64,000 nt of DNA from Mytilus edulis (Eukaryota), in assembly GCF_963676685.1 (NCBI RefSeq), contig NC_092354.1, forward strand, positions 22,940,001-23,004,000, written 5' to 3'. Every line of letters starts with the position of its first letter. Position 1 is the stretch's first letter. Below the pieces are notes generated by a model. It made no database searches and was not told the DNA's origin. It saw nothing but the letters and a program-made list of their open reading frames with translations. Below are positions 23,560-36,479 of the stretch, in pieces. The translations under genes were made by a program, and so were the position numbers.

Positions 23560-26355
23560 TAAATTGTTATTTGGATGGAAATTTACAATTTTGGAATATT
23601 TGATAGATTTTTCATATTTAAGCTTGAATTAAAGCGTTTTTAGTGACTCAATCAGTTAAAATCTTTCACATATAGTAATGAATGAATTGAAAAAAGTAAA
23701 ATCACAAAAATACTGAACTCAGAGGAAAATCAATTCGGAAAGTCCATAATCACATGGCAAAACCAAATAACAAAACGCATTAAAAACGAATGGTCAAGAA
23801 CTGTCATATTCTGTATTTAAATAGACGTTTAAGTGTTTAAAAAGGGTCAAAAAACTTTTGTTTGATGAACCTGAAATTTGAGGCCAAAATCGGCCCTTAC
23901 CGGTCCGGACTACTGCTTCAAATTCTGACATTTATGGAGAATTCATTTTACTGATTTTGACCTTCATTATACCAGTACATTATTTGCTTGATTTGATCGA
24001 TTACATGTACTTTTCAATTCCAGTACTTTTACTTTGACCTTTTTCGAAAAAGCATAAATTTAAAATCAAATCAAAGCCAGGTTCTACCTAGAATTACAGA
24101 AAAAAGCTTTTCCACATATTGCAGACATCAGTCTGAACTTTAAGAAGAAGATTGGTAATAAATGCTGTATTATGCTTGCATTGTGTATGGTAAACAATGG
24201 GTATAGTGAATATTTTTTCATAATAGTAATCATGATTGTATGTAATATCCCTTTTATATCTCCAAATCTTTAAAGCATTCCCTTTGTTTATGCTATAATT
24301 TTCGACATTTGTTTCTACATTTAACGTTATGAGAGCATGCAATATGACGTCCTCGCTCTGGGTTGTAAGAATAAGATGATTATTCTGGTGTCTTTCAAGC
24401 ATTGTGACACTGCCACCGCTTCTCTTTTGTTCTTGAGCCCTAACCAAACCCATTAATTTCTGTATCTGCTGCTGCTCACCAATACTTTGCACATTAATTG
24501 ACGCTTGTTTCCTGAAAATGTAAGAATTATGAGAAATTTGTCAAAGTAACATTTATAACTTTAAGACATTGAATATATGTTTGCCTTTTTGAATTGTACA
24601 TATCATGCCTGAATCTAAATAAAATTTACTTAATTACTATGTAAGTGATATTCCAGATTATAACGCTGCATTAATTGTAACTTTCATCTTGTAAGTTTAC
24701 TGGTTGGAATATATAAGTTAATCTTAATCAGCTTAGTATAAGATTTGTGTAGGACTGATGGTTGACAACTAGCTGCTTTCATTCTTGTCCATTGGTTTCT
24801 GGTAAAACGAAGGCCTGTTTGTAATTATACCAAATTGAATTTTAAGTTTTACCTTCTTTACATTAAGCTTTTGAAAATTTAGCTAACACCGCAGGATTGC
24901 CCATGTTGAGCTTTCTGCACGGGTTGGAGGAAAACTAATAAATCTGCTACTTGTCAACTAACTAATGACTTATATTTAGAAGGCTAATTACAAAAATATT
25001 TTAAGCTATTCTAATATTAAAGGTGGCCATGCTGATTTCATTTTGAAGTTAAAATTGAGATCGGAAATGCGTCAAAGAAACAACAAGCTGACCAAAGAGC
25101 ATAAAACAGGATATGCATAAGCTTGAAATAAATAGAATTCAAATCAGTTGGTGCTATCATTAAATATTTCTGAGATTGAATACATGAATGAAGACTATAA
25201 TTATTATTCTTATTCTACTATATGTAACTTGACATAACATTATTATTTGCATTCCTGTCTACTATTTTGTGGACTTTGGACCTTGTGTTGTGGTTTAAAA
25301 GCTATTTATTTACATCTATACTGTTATATTTCATATATTCGCCAAATCAATCAATAAAATGTCGCGTAATTTTAATAAAGGTTTATTTTTATACATTCTC
25401 GGAGCTTTAGTTAGTGCATTTACTATTTTTTTGGTATTATATGCATTAAAATAAACACAACTGGTATGCTTTGTATATGACCTTTACTTCATTTCTTTGG
25501 ATCATGTCAAGTTAATGAGATAGTTGTAGTAAAGCTGAAAATTTATGACTATCAACATAATAGCAATGGTTAGTAAAGAAGGCGAGACATTTTAGTGTAT
25601 GCGCTCTTGTCTAATTCAGTTTGCTATTGGTCAACCATATTTAGTGTATGACAATATTTTCTGATGAACATGTCATTTGTTAATTGCTGTGTCATTTTGG
25701 TCTCTAATGAGGTTGTTTTATTGACGACCATACCAAATCGTCATGTTTTATATATCAGTCTAGTTGAACCTCATATTTACGTTTCATTGCTAAATACAAA
25801 GTTTTCATGGTTTGGTCTGGTTCTTGGAATATAGAAGCAATAGATCAACTATAAAACTTTTAAAGAGAATAACATTTATTAATTCCACATGATATTGTTT
25901 GAATAAATAAAATAAATACATCGTAGATATTTGCTAACAAATTTGTCACAAAAGCTGCTTTTAAACACAAGAACCTTAATCAAACATAAATTTATGATTA
26001 AATAATTTATCAAATCGTTTAACAGATTTGCTAACAAGCATTATCGGAACCAGTTAAAAAAAAATAAAACATTAGAAAAACAATAAGGTCTTTCCTCCCG
26101 TAGAGGAAAGACCTTCAAAATTAACGTATGTTAAAGTATGCAAGACTTGTATCGAAGTTAACTTATATGAATAGCGGGCCTGTTTCCAAATTACCTTTTT
26201 CGATAGACACAAACACAGTCCTTGGACAAGTCCGCTTTTCAACATAAGGACTCAACGTCCGATTCTATACACCTTGATTTCCTAATAATGCAATCAAACT
26301 TACATTTCCAAAAATTTTGGAAATTGAACTTTAAATTTTCAACACACTATAATAA

Positions 26356-26862
26356 GGTAAACGGACAGAAAGTCACAGGACAAAAAGTCACAGGACATAA
26401 AGTCACAAATTTTGTAGGACAAAAAGTCACAAATAATATGTTGACAATTGTTTGAATATGTAAGAGAAATATCTTGAAATATTTACTTTTTAATACATAT
26501 ATTCATATTAAAGTTTAGGAAATGTGTCATTATACTTGAAAAATAAAGATTTATTTAGTTTTAATCATGCAAAAGAAAGATTTATTGGCACCATGAAGCC
26601 ATTTAAGTGCCAAGCCACTTTGACATTTTGTTTTCTTAACAATTATTTAATCATCTTTGATATTTTTTTGATAAATTTTGTTTACAATGTTGGTTTATAT
26701 ACAATAGTTCAAGAAAAATACAAAAATATTTATGTAGAAATAAGCGTTTTTTATTCAAAGAAAATAATCAGAAAAAATGAATTGTGACTTTTTGTCCTGT
26801 GACTTTTTGTCCGTGACTTTTTGTCTGTGACTTTTTGTCCTGTGACTTTCTGTCCTACATTC
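26356..26862. mobile_element. Foldback/MULE-type MITE with 15-bp subterminal repeats
   Basis: (GGACAAAAAGTCACA)n left arm, inverted arrays on the right; TSD (C)TATAATAA, 8-9 bp. Confidence 0.88.
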
Positions 26863-27623
26863 TATAATAACTCATCTAAAATGAATGGAATGCAATAAAG
26901 AACCATGTCTGACATTGTGATTACAAAAGCTGATGAGAGCTATAATCTATAGTCTTACTTAAAAGTGATACATATTTATCCCAGTGTATTGTGCATATTG
27001 TTCTGGCAATCGTGTTCTTAAAAAAATGTCGTTCCCTTGTAGGAATGTTAGTGTTATACATTTAAAAACAAAAATATTATTAGCTGGTGGATTTCTTACT
27101 CTACTGATCACGTCATATTTATTTTACTATGCTAAATTAACTGAATAAATAGATCCTGGAACAGTGTATCTTTTGATATAGGTGTTCCTAATTGCCTTCT
27201 TAAAGAAACACGAATAATTAAAACTGGTTGAAACAGTCAATTATTATATTTAGAGAAAATAAGTCGGAAACGACGGTAATATGACAGGACTCATGGGATT
27301 TGAAATGTTTTTCGACGAATCACCTTATATGGCCATTCGTTATGTCAGTCGTGTATCAATTTTAGCTTCCATTAATCCTCTTAATGTAGAGTTTAGTTGA
27401 CATTATACGTCAACTTTACTTGAAAAAAAAAATAGTAATAACATTTCGTAGTGTTCCGGTAATTGTGTATTAGGGGAAATTGTCGATCCCTTAGAGGAAT
27501 GTATGTAAATGACAAAAATATTTAAAAAAAACTGATGGAATTGTTATTGTACCGATCACGTCAAATACATTTAACCATGATAAGTTCTTTGTTTGAAGCA
27601 GCAGAACGAGTATCTTTCGATGT

Positions 27624-28624
27624 GGTAAATGGACAGAGAATACCAGGACATAAAGTCTCAAAGGAGTAGGTCCAGTAAGACCCCGTTTTGGCCCCAAAAT
27701 ATAGCAGTTTTACAAAATTGTTAAAATGTAAACTTTTAGTTATTTATTGGACAGTAGAATGCTTCTGCTACATAAATATGGGCAGTTTTTGACAAAAGCA
27801 TGCACATATATCGGGTACTTGCACCATTAAGTCATGCTAAATTACTGAAATCTTCACAATTCTTGCATTTTAGTTAAATTTTAGACGGTTTTCGTGTTAA
27901 ACGGAAGTGGCCGCATTCGTGTTCATCCTTAATATTGAAATGCAAGTTGTATTTTATGATAATACATAACATATATGAAGGTTAAGGATGAACACGTATG
28001 CGGCCACTTTCAATTTTGACAAAAACCATCTGAAAAGTGACATTTTTCGGCATATTTGGTAGATTTTTCATATTTGAGCTTGAATCAGATCGTTTTTAAT
28101 GACTAAATCAGATAAAATCTTTCACATTAACTAATTGAATCAAATGAAATAGACACTTAAGTGTTTAAAAAGTGGTCAAAATCTTTCGTCAGATGAACCT
28201 GAAATTTGAGGCCAAAATCGGTCCTTACCGGACCTACTCCTTTGGTAGAACAAAAAGTCACAAATAATATTTTGATAATTGTTTGAATATACAAGAGAAA
28301 TATCTTGAAATCATTACTTTTAAATACTCACATTTTCATATTAAAGTTTAGGAAATGTGTCATTATACTCGAAACATGAAGATTTATTTAATTTTAATCA
28401 TTCAAAAAAAAAGATTTCTTGGCACCATTAAGCCACTTTGACATTTTGTTTTTTTTATCAATTATTTTATTTACTTTGCTATTTTTATTTCAAAATTTTG
28501 TTTACAAAGTTAGATTTTAAACAATAGTTCAAGAGAAGTACAAAAATATTTTTGTAGAAATAAGTGTTTTTTATTCAAAGAAAAAATGAATTGTGACTTT
28601 TGTCCTGTGACTGTTTTTCATTCC
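27624..28624. mobile_element. Second, more degenerate foldback MITE copy, interrupted by another MITE
   Basis: 28245-28615 colinear with 26410-26800. Confidence 0.8.
27659..28244. mobile_element. MITE with TIR AAGGAGTAGGTCCRGTAAG (partial copy at ~23590-23920)
   Basis: Inverted termini CAAAGGAGTAGGTCC / GGACCTACTCCTTTG. Confidence 0.85.
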
Positions 28625-28924
28625 ATTTTCTAATGCCTACCATCTGCTCTGCACCTCAGGTATCGGAAATGTGCTTCTGAATGCAATAAAAGTGCAAGTC
28701 CGGAAAGGTGCAAATTATACTTTGAGACTTGACGGTGCAAGCATCGAATCACTGAATTTATCATCTTTTTTTTGGCACATTTTCAAAAGTTTCAGGCGGA
28801 TTTAGGGATATTCTTTCGGACTCAAAACCACTTCAAATTTTAACACAGACAAACTGTATTGGAATTGTTTCGGCTACCATTGAAAATAATCTCATCATAG
28901 ATACCAGGACTAAATGTAGTATAT

Positions 28925-28968
28925 ACGCCAGACGCGCGTTTCGTTTATAAAAGACTCATCAGTGACGC
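28925..28968 (-). ncRNA. Minimal type I hammerhead ribozyme (family 1), within a retrozyme-like fragment ~28885-29070
   Basis: Minus strand GCGTCA CTGATGA GTCT-TTTAT-AAAC GAAA C GCGC G TC TGGCGT; one mismatch in stem II. Confidence 0.85.
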
Positions 28969-29069
28969 TCGAATCCCAAAAAGTTAAAAAGGCCAAATAT
29001 AGTACGAAGTTGAGGAGTGTTGAGGACCAAAATTACTAAAAGTTTTGTCAAATACAGCTCATTTCTACG

Positions 29070-30110
29070 TAAAGAAGATTGCATCGGATTAACAAGATTA
29101 CCTTTATTTTCCGAAAAAAAAGTTTATATTGATGTTGACCTAGACAAACACTTTTTAAACGTCTTTTTACTGTCTTCGTCAAGGTTATTAGAATTGATAC
29201 GAACGTATGTGAATAAAATACTATCAAAAGGTCCCAGCAAATACTCCTTAGATACATTAAAAGAAAGTAATGATTCGGATACAAGTGATGGGTTTGATCC
29301 CATATTTTTACAAATAATCGAGCTAGACAGTTGAGTCATCAATCTTGTCTGAAATCCGGAACTTAACCCCTCAATTAAATACTGCTTAAGGATGTACCTA
29401 GGGGATCTTAGATAAAATTAAATAAATCAAGAATCCAAAATTGAGACATTTAGCTGGAAGAGTATTGGTTAATGATCAAAATAAGCGAAAAAATGTATAG
29501 GTATTGGAACTCCTTTTCGAGACATTTTATTTATATAATATTGCGGGAAAAGGCTGAATGGGACTTTTACCTTACATTTGCATTGGTATTATTAGAGCCT
29601 CAAATCAAAAGAAAGAAAATCAAGAATCAGCTTAAATTTTGTCAAATGACTTTTTATGAGCTACCAAGTATTATATTAAAAGATAAACAGGTGTTATGGG
29701 CCAAAATATTTTACTTTGTATGGTATGGAAAACACCAAGTAGTCCGAACATCAGACACAATTTCCAAAACCTCACTTAAGTACATCCTTAAATTCATAGT
29801 CTTGATGATCAATCAAATGTTCTGATAAAATATCAACTCTGATGTAGGTATTGAAAAGTCAAAGTTGATTTGGGGATCTAAAATTTCTTTTGGTTGTGGG
29901 CCCGATCTTCTGAGGCCCATTGTTACCGTTTTTTGTCTGTATACACATTGCTTTTTGATGCTCCCCTTAACTTTCAAACACGTGTGATTATTGCGATATC
30001 TAATAGCTGCACACCATTTAATGCCGTTGAAATTGTTACAAATTTCCCGATCTAAATGAAACGATCTGTTTCTTCCATAGGAGTCCACAGATTCATAATT
30101 CCTTACTCTG
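29070..30110 (-). mobile_element. Degenerate DIRS/Ngaro-type retrotransposon fragment (gag zinc finger + RT N-terminus)
   Basis: DSYGRNRSFHLDREICNNFN..KWC....HTC (CCCH finger) then CKN...P.LVSE....VSKEYLLGPF...F...RI; interrupted by a MITE. Confidence 0.6.
29390..29787. mobile_element. TTAA-target MITE (Kolobok-like)
   Basis: TTAA|GGATGTACCTA ... TAAGTACATCC|TTAA. Confidence 0.85.
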
Positions 30111-30250
30111 TTTTCTAACTGTTTTGATTACAAAAAAAAACAGAAGTGTGAAAAGTGTATTTGCAAATATGTTACAAAAGAGAGTATTATTTCTTATAGA
30201 CCAGACCAATCGACTGCCATATTATTAAAACATGTAAGCTGCAGCATCTT

Positions 30251-30653
30251 ATTGATTGATTGTTGGTTGCTTAACATCCAGTGGCAAATATCTCATGCAT
30301 ATTTAGGACGAGAACAAGTTCACACTAAATACAATAGGTAGGTTGATACTATAGAGGCCATCTGGGATGATGGTCTGGAAAATGAGGGTATATTGGATAG
30401 GGACAGAAATTTTGCCTTGCAACAGGCCACCTACGGACTCCTCAAAGAGTTGTTGCAAGGGTTCTTAACGTGTAAAGTGCGTGACACTCTCTTTACACGA
30501 GGCATCGGATTTAACGTCCCCTTCTGATAGGACGTGACTGCAAACTTAATACATCCCGCACAGCCGAACGGATGCCCCACTTCGGCAAGAGTTTTACTGC
30601 CGGTCGGGAGAAGCCCAAGTGACCATATTTCTATACCCCAGTCACCTTTTGGG
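30251..30653 (-). mobile_element. SINE family A, full length
   Basis: TSD TGCAGCATCT at 30240-30249 and 30657-30666. Confidence 0.92.
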
Positions 30654-33600
30654 TGGTGCAGCATCTGAAGAAAATCTTTTGTTCAATGATTTTCATATTC
30701 GAAAAAAAATCAGATATTATTTATATTGCTTCGTCGGTGAAATGCTTACTAATACACAAATACTTTCACATGAGTGTCATGATGAAGAGAAACTCTAAAA
30801 AAATCCAAGAAAAATATGTATGCCACATTTGTAAGGCATTCCTTTTCATAAAACCAATGCTAAAAAGACACGAAGAACTGCAAATCAAAGGCATTATATA
30901 TCTTGCAGGCCAGTTTGTTGTTCCAGTTAGCTGGATAGGAAGGCAGACACCTTAGAAAAAAGAAACCAATCTAGGAAAACAGTTTAATTAGGAAAAAGCA
31001 AAACCGACTAATTTGGGAACGACAAAAGGAACAGTCACTTTTATGAGAAGAAGATAGAAGATCTTTAAAATCAGATACCAAAATAAAAGGAAGGTGACTG
31101 TTGACCTTAGATACCCTATAGGGGTTTGCCTATTTGGGAAACAATTTCAAGACGACTCAAGTCGATCATCTTCGTCATTGAACATGTAGGGCTACATCAG
31201 ATACAGTTGTTTTCGGTACTTATACATCTTCGAATTTCAAATGTATAGCTTTGAGCTTTCTTTGTGAAGGTAAATCCAGAAAAGCGCAATTTCGTGCCTT
31301 AAAGAGGAGAAAGCCCGTGCATCCTCCTCCGACTCATTACCTGATGAGCTATCAGTAGTTTCCTCAGGTACTTCTGCCACCACATGTCCGACCTCTATTG
31401 TTTTCGTGGCAGGTTTTCTTCGGCCAGCTCTGTCTTTCATTTGGGCAATTTCTTCCTGCTGCACTCTCTTGCCTTCTGTCCTGCTGGTCGTTCTTCTTGT
31501 ATTCCCCACGGCTCTTGATGGCGATCCTACGGCATTTCTCTTGTTAGGCATCTTCTTTTTGGATAGTTAAACTAATTTTCGTAACACCTGCTTTCTTGTC
31601 GACAGCAAATTAACATGTGCCCGATACGGGAATTCCAAAATTCTATTCAAGCTATTCTATAAATCAAAACACCAACTGACACCAACATATTTATCCAATC
31701 TTATTGTGCCTACAAGTAGTAAACAATCGTACAATACTCGACTTTCATCATCGGATAATTTTATTTTCTCTTGTTGATGATATATGTCACCATTGAATAA
31801 ATAGTGTTATCCTCCTGGTCTCCATACCTTCTAGACTCTTTTTTGGCAATTAATGTTATGCCAATTAGGTATTTAATGTCTTAAAAATATAGTAAATGTA
31901 GCCCACTACTGATGTATGTGTGTAACAGCGTATGCTACTAATTCTTTCGCAAAACTGCTATTGTCCTGTAAAACATTGCTCACTTGTGCCATTTCAACAC
32001 AGTATTTGCATGGCATTTGTCTTTGATCAAGCATTTTTATGCTGGTCATTTTGCCGATTTGATAATTGATTTTATTGATTAAAAATCAATCTCCGCAATC
32101 TTTTTCTCAAAATCAGAAACGGCAGCACCCCGATTTTTGTGATACATTTTCTTTGAAATGTGTTGTTGTAATGGCTTTAATTTAGAACTTCCCAAACTAG
32201 GAACGTTATCAAATGATGTGCTTGTTTGATTGCTGCGTAATTTAAACGGACTTGTCTCAGTCATTTGCATATAATGCATCGACACATTAGTTTTCTAGTT
32301 ATGTGATTAAATTACACGTGTATAAAGTATGTAACTTCCTACTCATTATAAAAATAATTTTTGAATCTTAGAGCAAAACTTTAACACTTATTCTTGCATT
32401 TTCATAATTAATATTACATTTTTGAAAAATGTACATTAAATTAAAAGAATCTATATTCACAAAGCCAGCCAATTTTAGTAGATCAATTATTTCAATAATA
32501 CTTGGCCATTTAGTGTCTGAGGCGTTTGCCCGTCTGTTAATGAAGCATAAGGCCTTTAATGAAAAATCGGATAAATCACAATGTGTCCCCCAAAACGAAT
32601 CACTCCCTGAAATGTGGGAGAAATCTGTGTGCAAGCCGACGTTGCACACACTGTTCTTTTAATGTAATCTTCATTTCTAAAAATTAAATGAAGTTCATAA
32701 AAATTTTGTATATCTTAAAAAGAAATCAAAAAGGAAAATTATTTTGTGAATATTAAAACTTATTGAAACTATAATTTTCTGGCAGTAGCATTCCTTATCC
32801 TTTCAATACGACTGCGAACCATGTCCATGTGCTTCTTCAATGTCGGCCGTGTTTCAACATAATGTTCGTCGGCTAAATTACCAGACGTACTATTGTCTTC
32901 TAATGAAACCTCGTCATCTTTTAACTTACTCATGACGACATTTCCATATAAAATCCCGGTGAAAAAAAAAAATCCCTAGATCCACTAAAGTAAAACAACA
33001 AAAAGATTTTGTCAATTAGCATTGAATTTCTTGGAGCTCTTCACTCGACGTTAGCCAGTAAGAGAATGAGCAAATGCACGTGGAGGTTTAAAGCACAAAT
33101 AAATGTTACCGTTGGATTCGGTCGTTGTTAAGTTATATGCATATTCTCACTCACATACTTAACAAAGCAATACATGTGTCAGTTAAAAAAGCATATTAAC
33201 AAATGTTAATAACACATTTTAAGACAACAAAAATTAAAGAAAAATCCAAAATGTTGATAGTTTACAAAATTTAAATTTGAAATGTTTTTATTTATTACAG
33301 TTCTTCTACATCTGGCTTTGGCACAGTCGTCCTCCTATTTTGGTTGATTGTATGTTAATAAATTTGATTTTGCATATCCCGAAAAAAGTCATTCCAATAC
33401 TTTGGGGGTCTTCGCATCCAGTGAAGGGAAACTTCTGCTGTGTCCATACTTGTTTAACTCGTTTGCTAATTTCTCCTGCGGTTCTTGTAGAGAGAAGGAT
33501 GTCTTAATGCCTTGGAACCACTTGTTGTTATTGACTGTCTTGGCAGCGAGGGTGGTATTCGCGACTTCCGATTCTTTTTAATCGAACAATACAAAAGAAA

Positions 33601-34051
33601 TAATTTTTGCTGGTAGTAATCTGATGTTTTGATTATACTTTCGTTTCGTTTCCTTTCTTTTTAATCAAAATAACTTACTTTCATTTGTTTTTACTTAAGT
33701 TAAGGAGTCCAAATCTTTATTTAACATCATACCGGTCATCAAATATATCTTCTAATGCCCGTTCCTTGATGGTTACCTGCTGCTCATGTTTGTAATATTT
33801 CTTCATCTGCAACAATTGAAAATTAAGTATCTTAAGAAACAAGAATAAAAATAATTAATTAGTTATCAAGGAATATGAAGAATCATTAACATCTTTAGTT
33901 ATTATATGCTATCCCTTAAAATTACTACTGATTTAACATAATCACTGAACATTTTAATCATTATTCTACAAATTCCCTTATATGATTTTAGGGATTAAAA
34001 CATTTTTTTTGTTATGACATCAAAATTATCAAATAAATAAAAAGTACTTAA

Positions 34052-34300
34052 GGTGGTACCTAACACTACAGGGAGATAACTCTGTAAAGTCAGCTAAACG
34101 TTTTAATAATGTTGTGTTGTAAAAGGAATATTTAGCTTCTCAATGATCAAAATTGGTAGTTTTTAAATTGCTATATAAGCAGTGTAATTTTTCTGACAAA
34201 ACGGTTGGTTCAAAATTTTTTTAATTTTTATGTTTTTGTTTAAACATTTTATGAAAATTAAACGAGCAAATTAATTTTAGTGAAAGTGTTGGGTACCACC
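34052..34300. mobile_element. TTAA-target MITE (Kolobok-like); partial copy at ~52270-52504
   Basis: TTAA|GGTGGTACCTAACACT ... AGTGTTGGGTACCACC|TTAA. Confidence 0.9.
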
Positions 34301-34776
34301 TTAAGATATCCTTGTACAAAGATAATATCCGCAACGAATCTTTATCTTTAGATTGTTTTAACTAATTAATCTTGGCAAGAGGTTTAAAAAAAAATCTTTA
34401 TCAAGTTAAACAACGTAATTAATGCTGTTCATGAATGTTAAATTTGAACTACATAATTAAGTGCACTTTTCACCTGATTTGATAGGATGAACTGAACAGT
34501 TTATTTTTATTTTTTGCATACAACTATAATGCTTTTATCTATTCTCTTGAAGAAGGGTCGAGGCTTTAGCAGAAAACAATTTATGGTCATCGCAGAACTT
34601 AATTTTACAAAATATTTTAACTACTGGACCAAGTTCATTATAGATAAAGATAATTGGAAGCAGCAAGAATGTTCAGTAAAGTAAGATCTACAAACACATC
34701 ACCATCACCAAGAGACAATTTTGTCATGAATCCATCTGTCCTTGCATTGATTTATGATATGCACAAATACCAAGGT

Positions 34777-35198
34777 CCCCAAGAGTGACTGGGGTATAGA
34801 AATATGGTCACTTGGTCTTCTCCCGACCGACAGTAAAACGCTTGCCGAAGTGGGGCGTCCGTTTGGCTGTGCGGGATGTATCAAGTTCGCAGTCTTGTCC
34901 GTCAGAAGGGGACGTTAAATCCGATGCCTCGTGTAAAGAGATTGCCACGCTCTTTGCACGTTAAGAACCCTTGCAACAACTCTTTGAGGGGTCCGTAGGT
35001 GGCCTGTTGCAAGGCAAAATTTCTGTCCCTATCCAATATACCCTCATTTTCCAGTGGCAGTCCAAATTTCCCCGACCATCATCCTAGATGGCCTCTATTA
35101 CAACAACCTACCTATTGTATTTATTGTGAACTTGTTCTCGTCCTGAATATGCATGAAATATTTGCCACTGGACGTTAAGCAACCAACAATCAATCAAT
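34777..35198 (+). mobile_element. SINE family A, full length, inserted in a HINE-3 end
   Basis: 13-bp TSD CAAATACCAAGGT at 34764-34776 and 35199-35211. Confidence 0.95.
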
Positions 35199-36479
35199 CA
35201 AATACCAAGGTGAGCGACATATGATCTTTAGAGCCTCTTAAATTTTTTATCTTTTGGTTCCTTTAATAACCCCTATCAATATATACTAGTGTTAAGAAAA
35301 GCTTGTTATTTTGAAACTGAGTTGCGAACTTCCTTAAGGAAAAGTTTCAGTCAATAAACCATGACTGAGGGTGTTTGACCAAGTAATCACCATGGAAATG
35401 ATATGTGTCAATTCTTATGTAACTGTATACTAAATATCATTGACCTACCACTAGTTCCCCAATAACTGACCTAATCGCAAACTTATACATTTGTGTACAT
35501 GCTAACTATGCAAAACAATCAGTTATTAAATAGACTATGAATGAGGGGGAATAACAAAATAATTTCTACGGAAATGAGATGTGCTAATGCTAGTACAACT
35601 GCATACCTAATGTCATTGACCTACCAATAGTGGTTCCACACAAAACTGAGTAATCGCAAACCAATATATTGTTGACTCCGCTCGAAACAGCGGACCTACA
35701 TTGTATGTCTAGCTTCTTGACTTGGTCAAGGCGAGACAAAAACATAGTGGATATCAATGCAAACCCATTCACAATGAATTTTGGTGGGTCTTTTTTACCT
35801 TAAAAATTAATGACAAAATCTAGCAGTTGATGTTTCTGGGTGCCAGAGAAATACCTGTGTTTATCAACTTTTCATAAACTTTTATACTAGATTAAGGCAA
35901 TTCAAATACTAAGTTCTGGAGTAGAATTTTTTACCATGCATTATTACCAATATTATGAATTTTTCAGCAATTTTTTTAATTTAAAGGGAGTAACTCTAAT
36001 GGAAATATGTTTCCAAGTTTTTCAGCCTAATGACTACATACAGACAACTGTGGGATGTCTAAAAATATGCAAACTTGTTGTTAACAAAGTTAGGGCTTAA
36101 AAAAATTGGCTATATAAATATAGACTTACTTATTGAATGGAAGTAAAATTTTACATAAGTATGATGAATCTTCTAATTTTATTTTAGGAAACCAGTTATG
36201 AGCATTTTTCACATTTTTGTTATTATTGATCAAGTTGATTAATAAATTGCAATGTATCGAGATAATTTGACATTCCAAAGTCATTTCTGTCCAAAAGAGG
36301 ATCAATCTGCCTCTTGGTTCATTCAAATTTTCTGGTGGAATTGTAAAGTTTGTGGTATGTACATTTACTTTTTAGTTTATTTTTATTTTATTTATGAAAT
36401 GCACATTTATACCCCTGGGGGTTGAAGGCATATACAAGCAATACAATACAATATACACAATTGAAGAAGCAGATAGTGA

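Noticed and set aside
34783-34830. HDV-like ribozyme at the SINE A 5' end
   Set aside because: A P1-like helix followed by GG is present, but there is no P3/L3 pyrimidine loop and no P2 or catalytic-C segment
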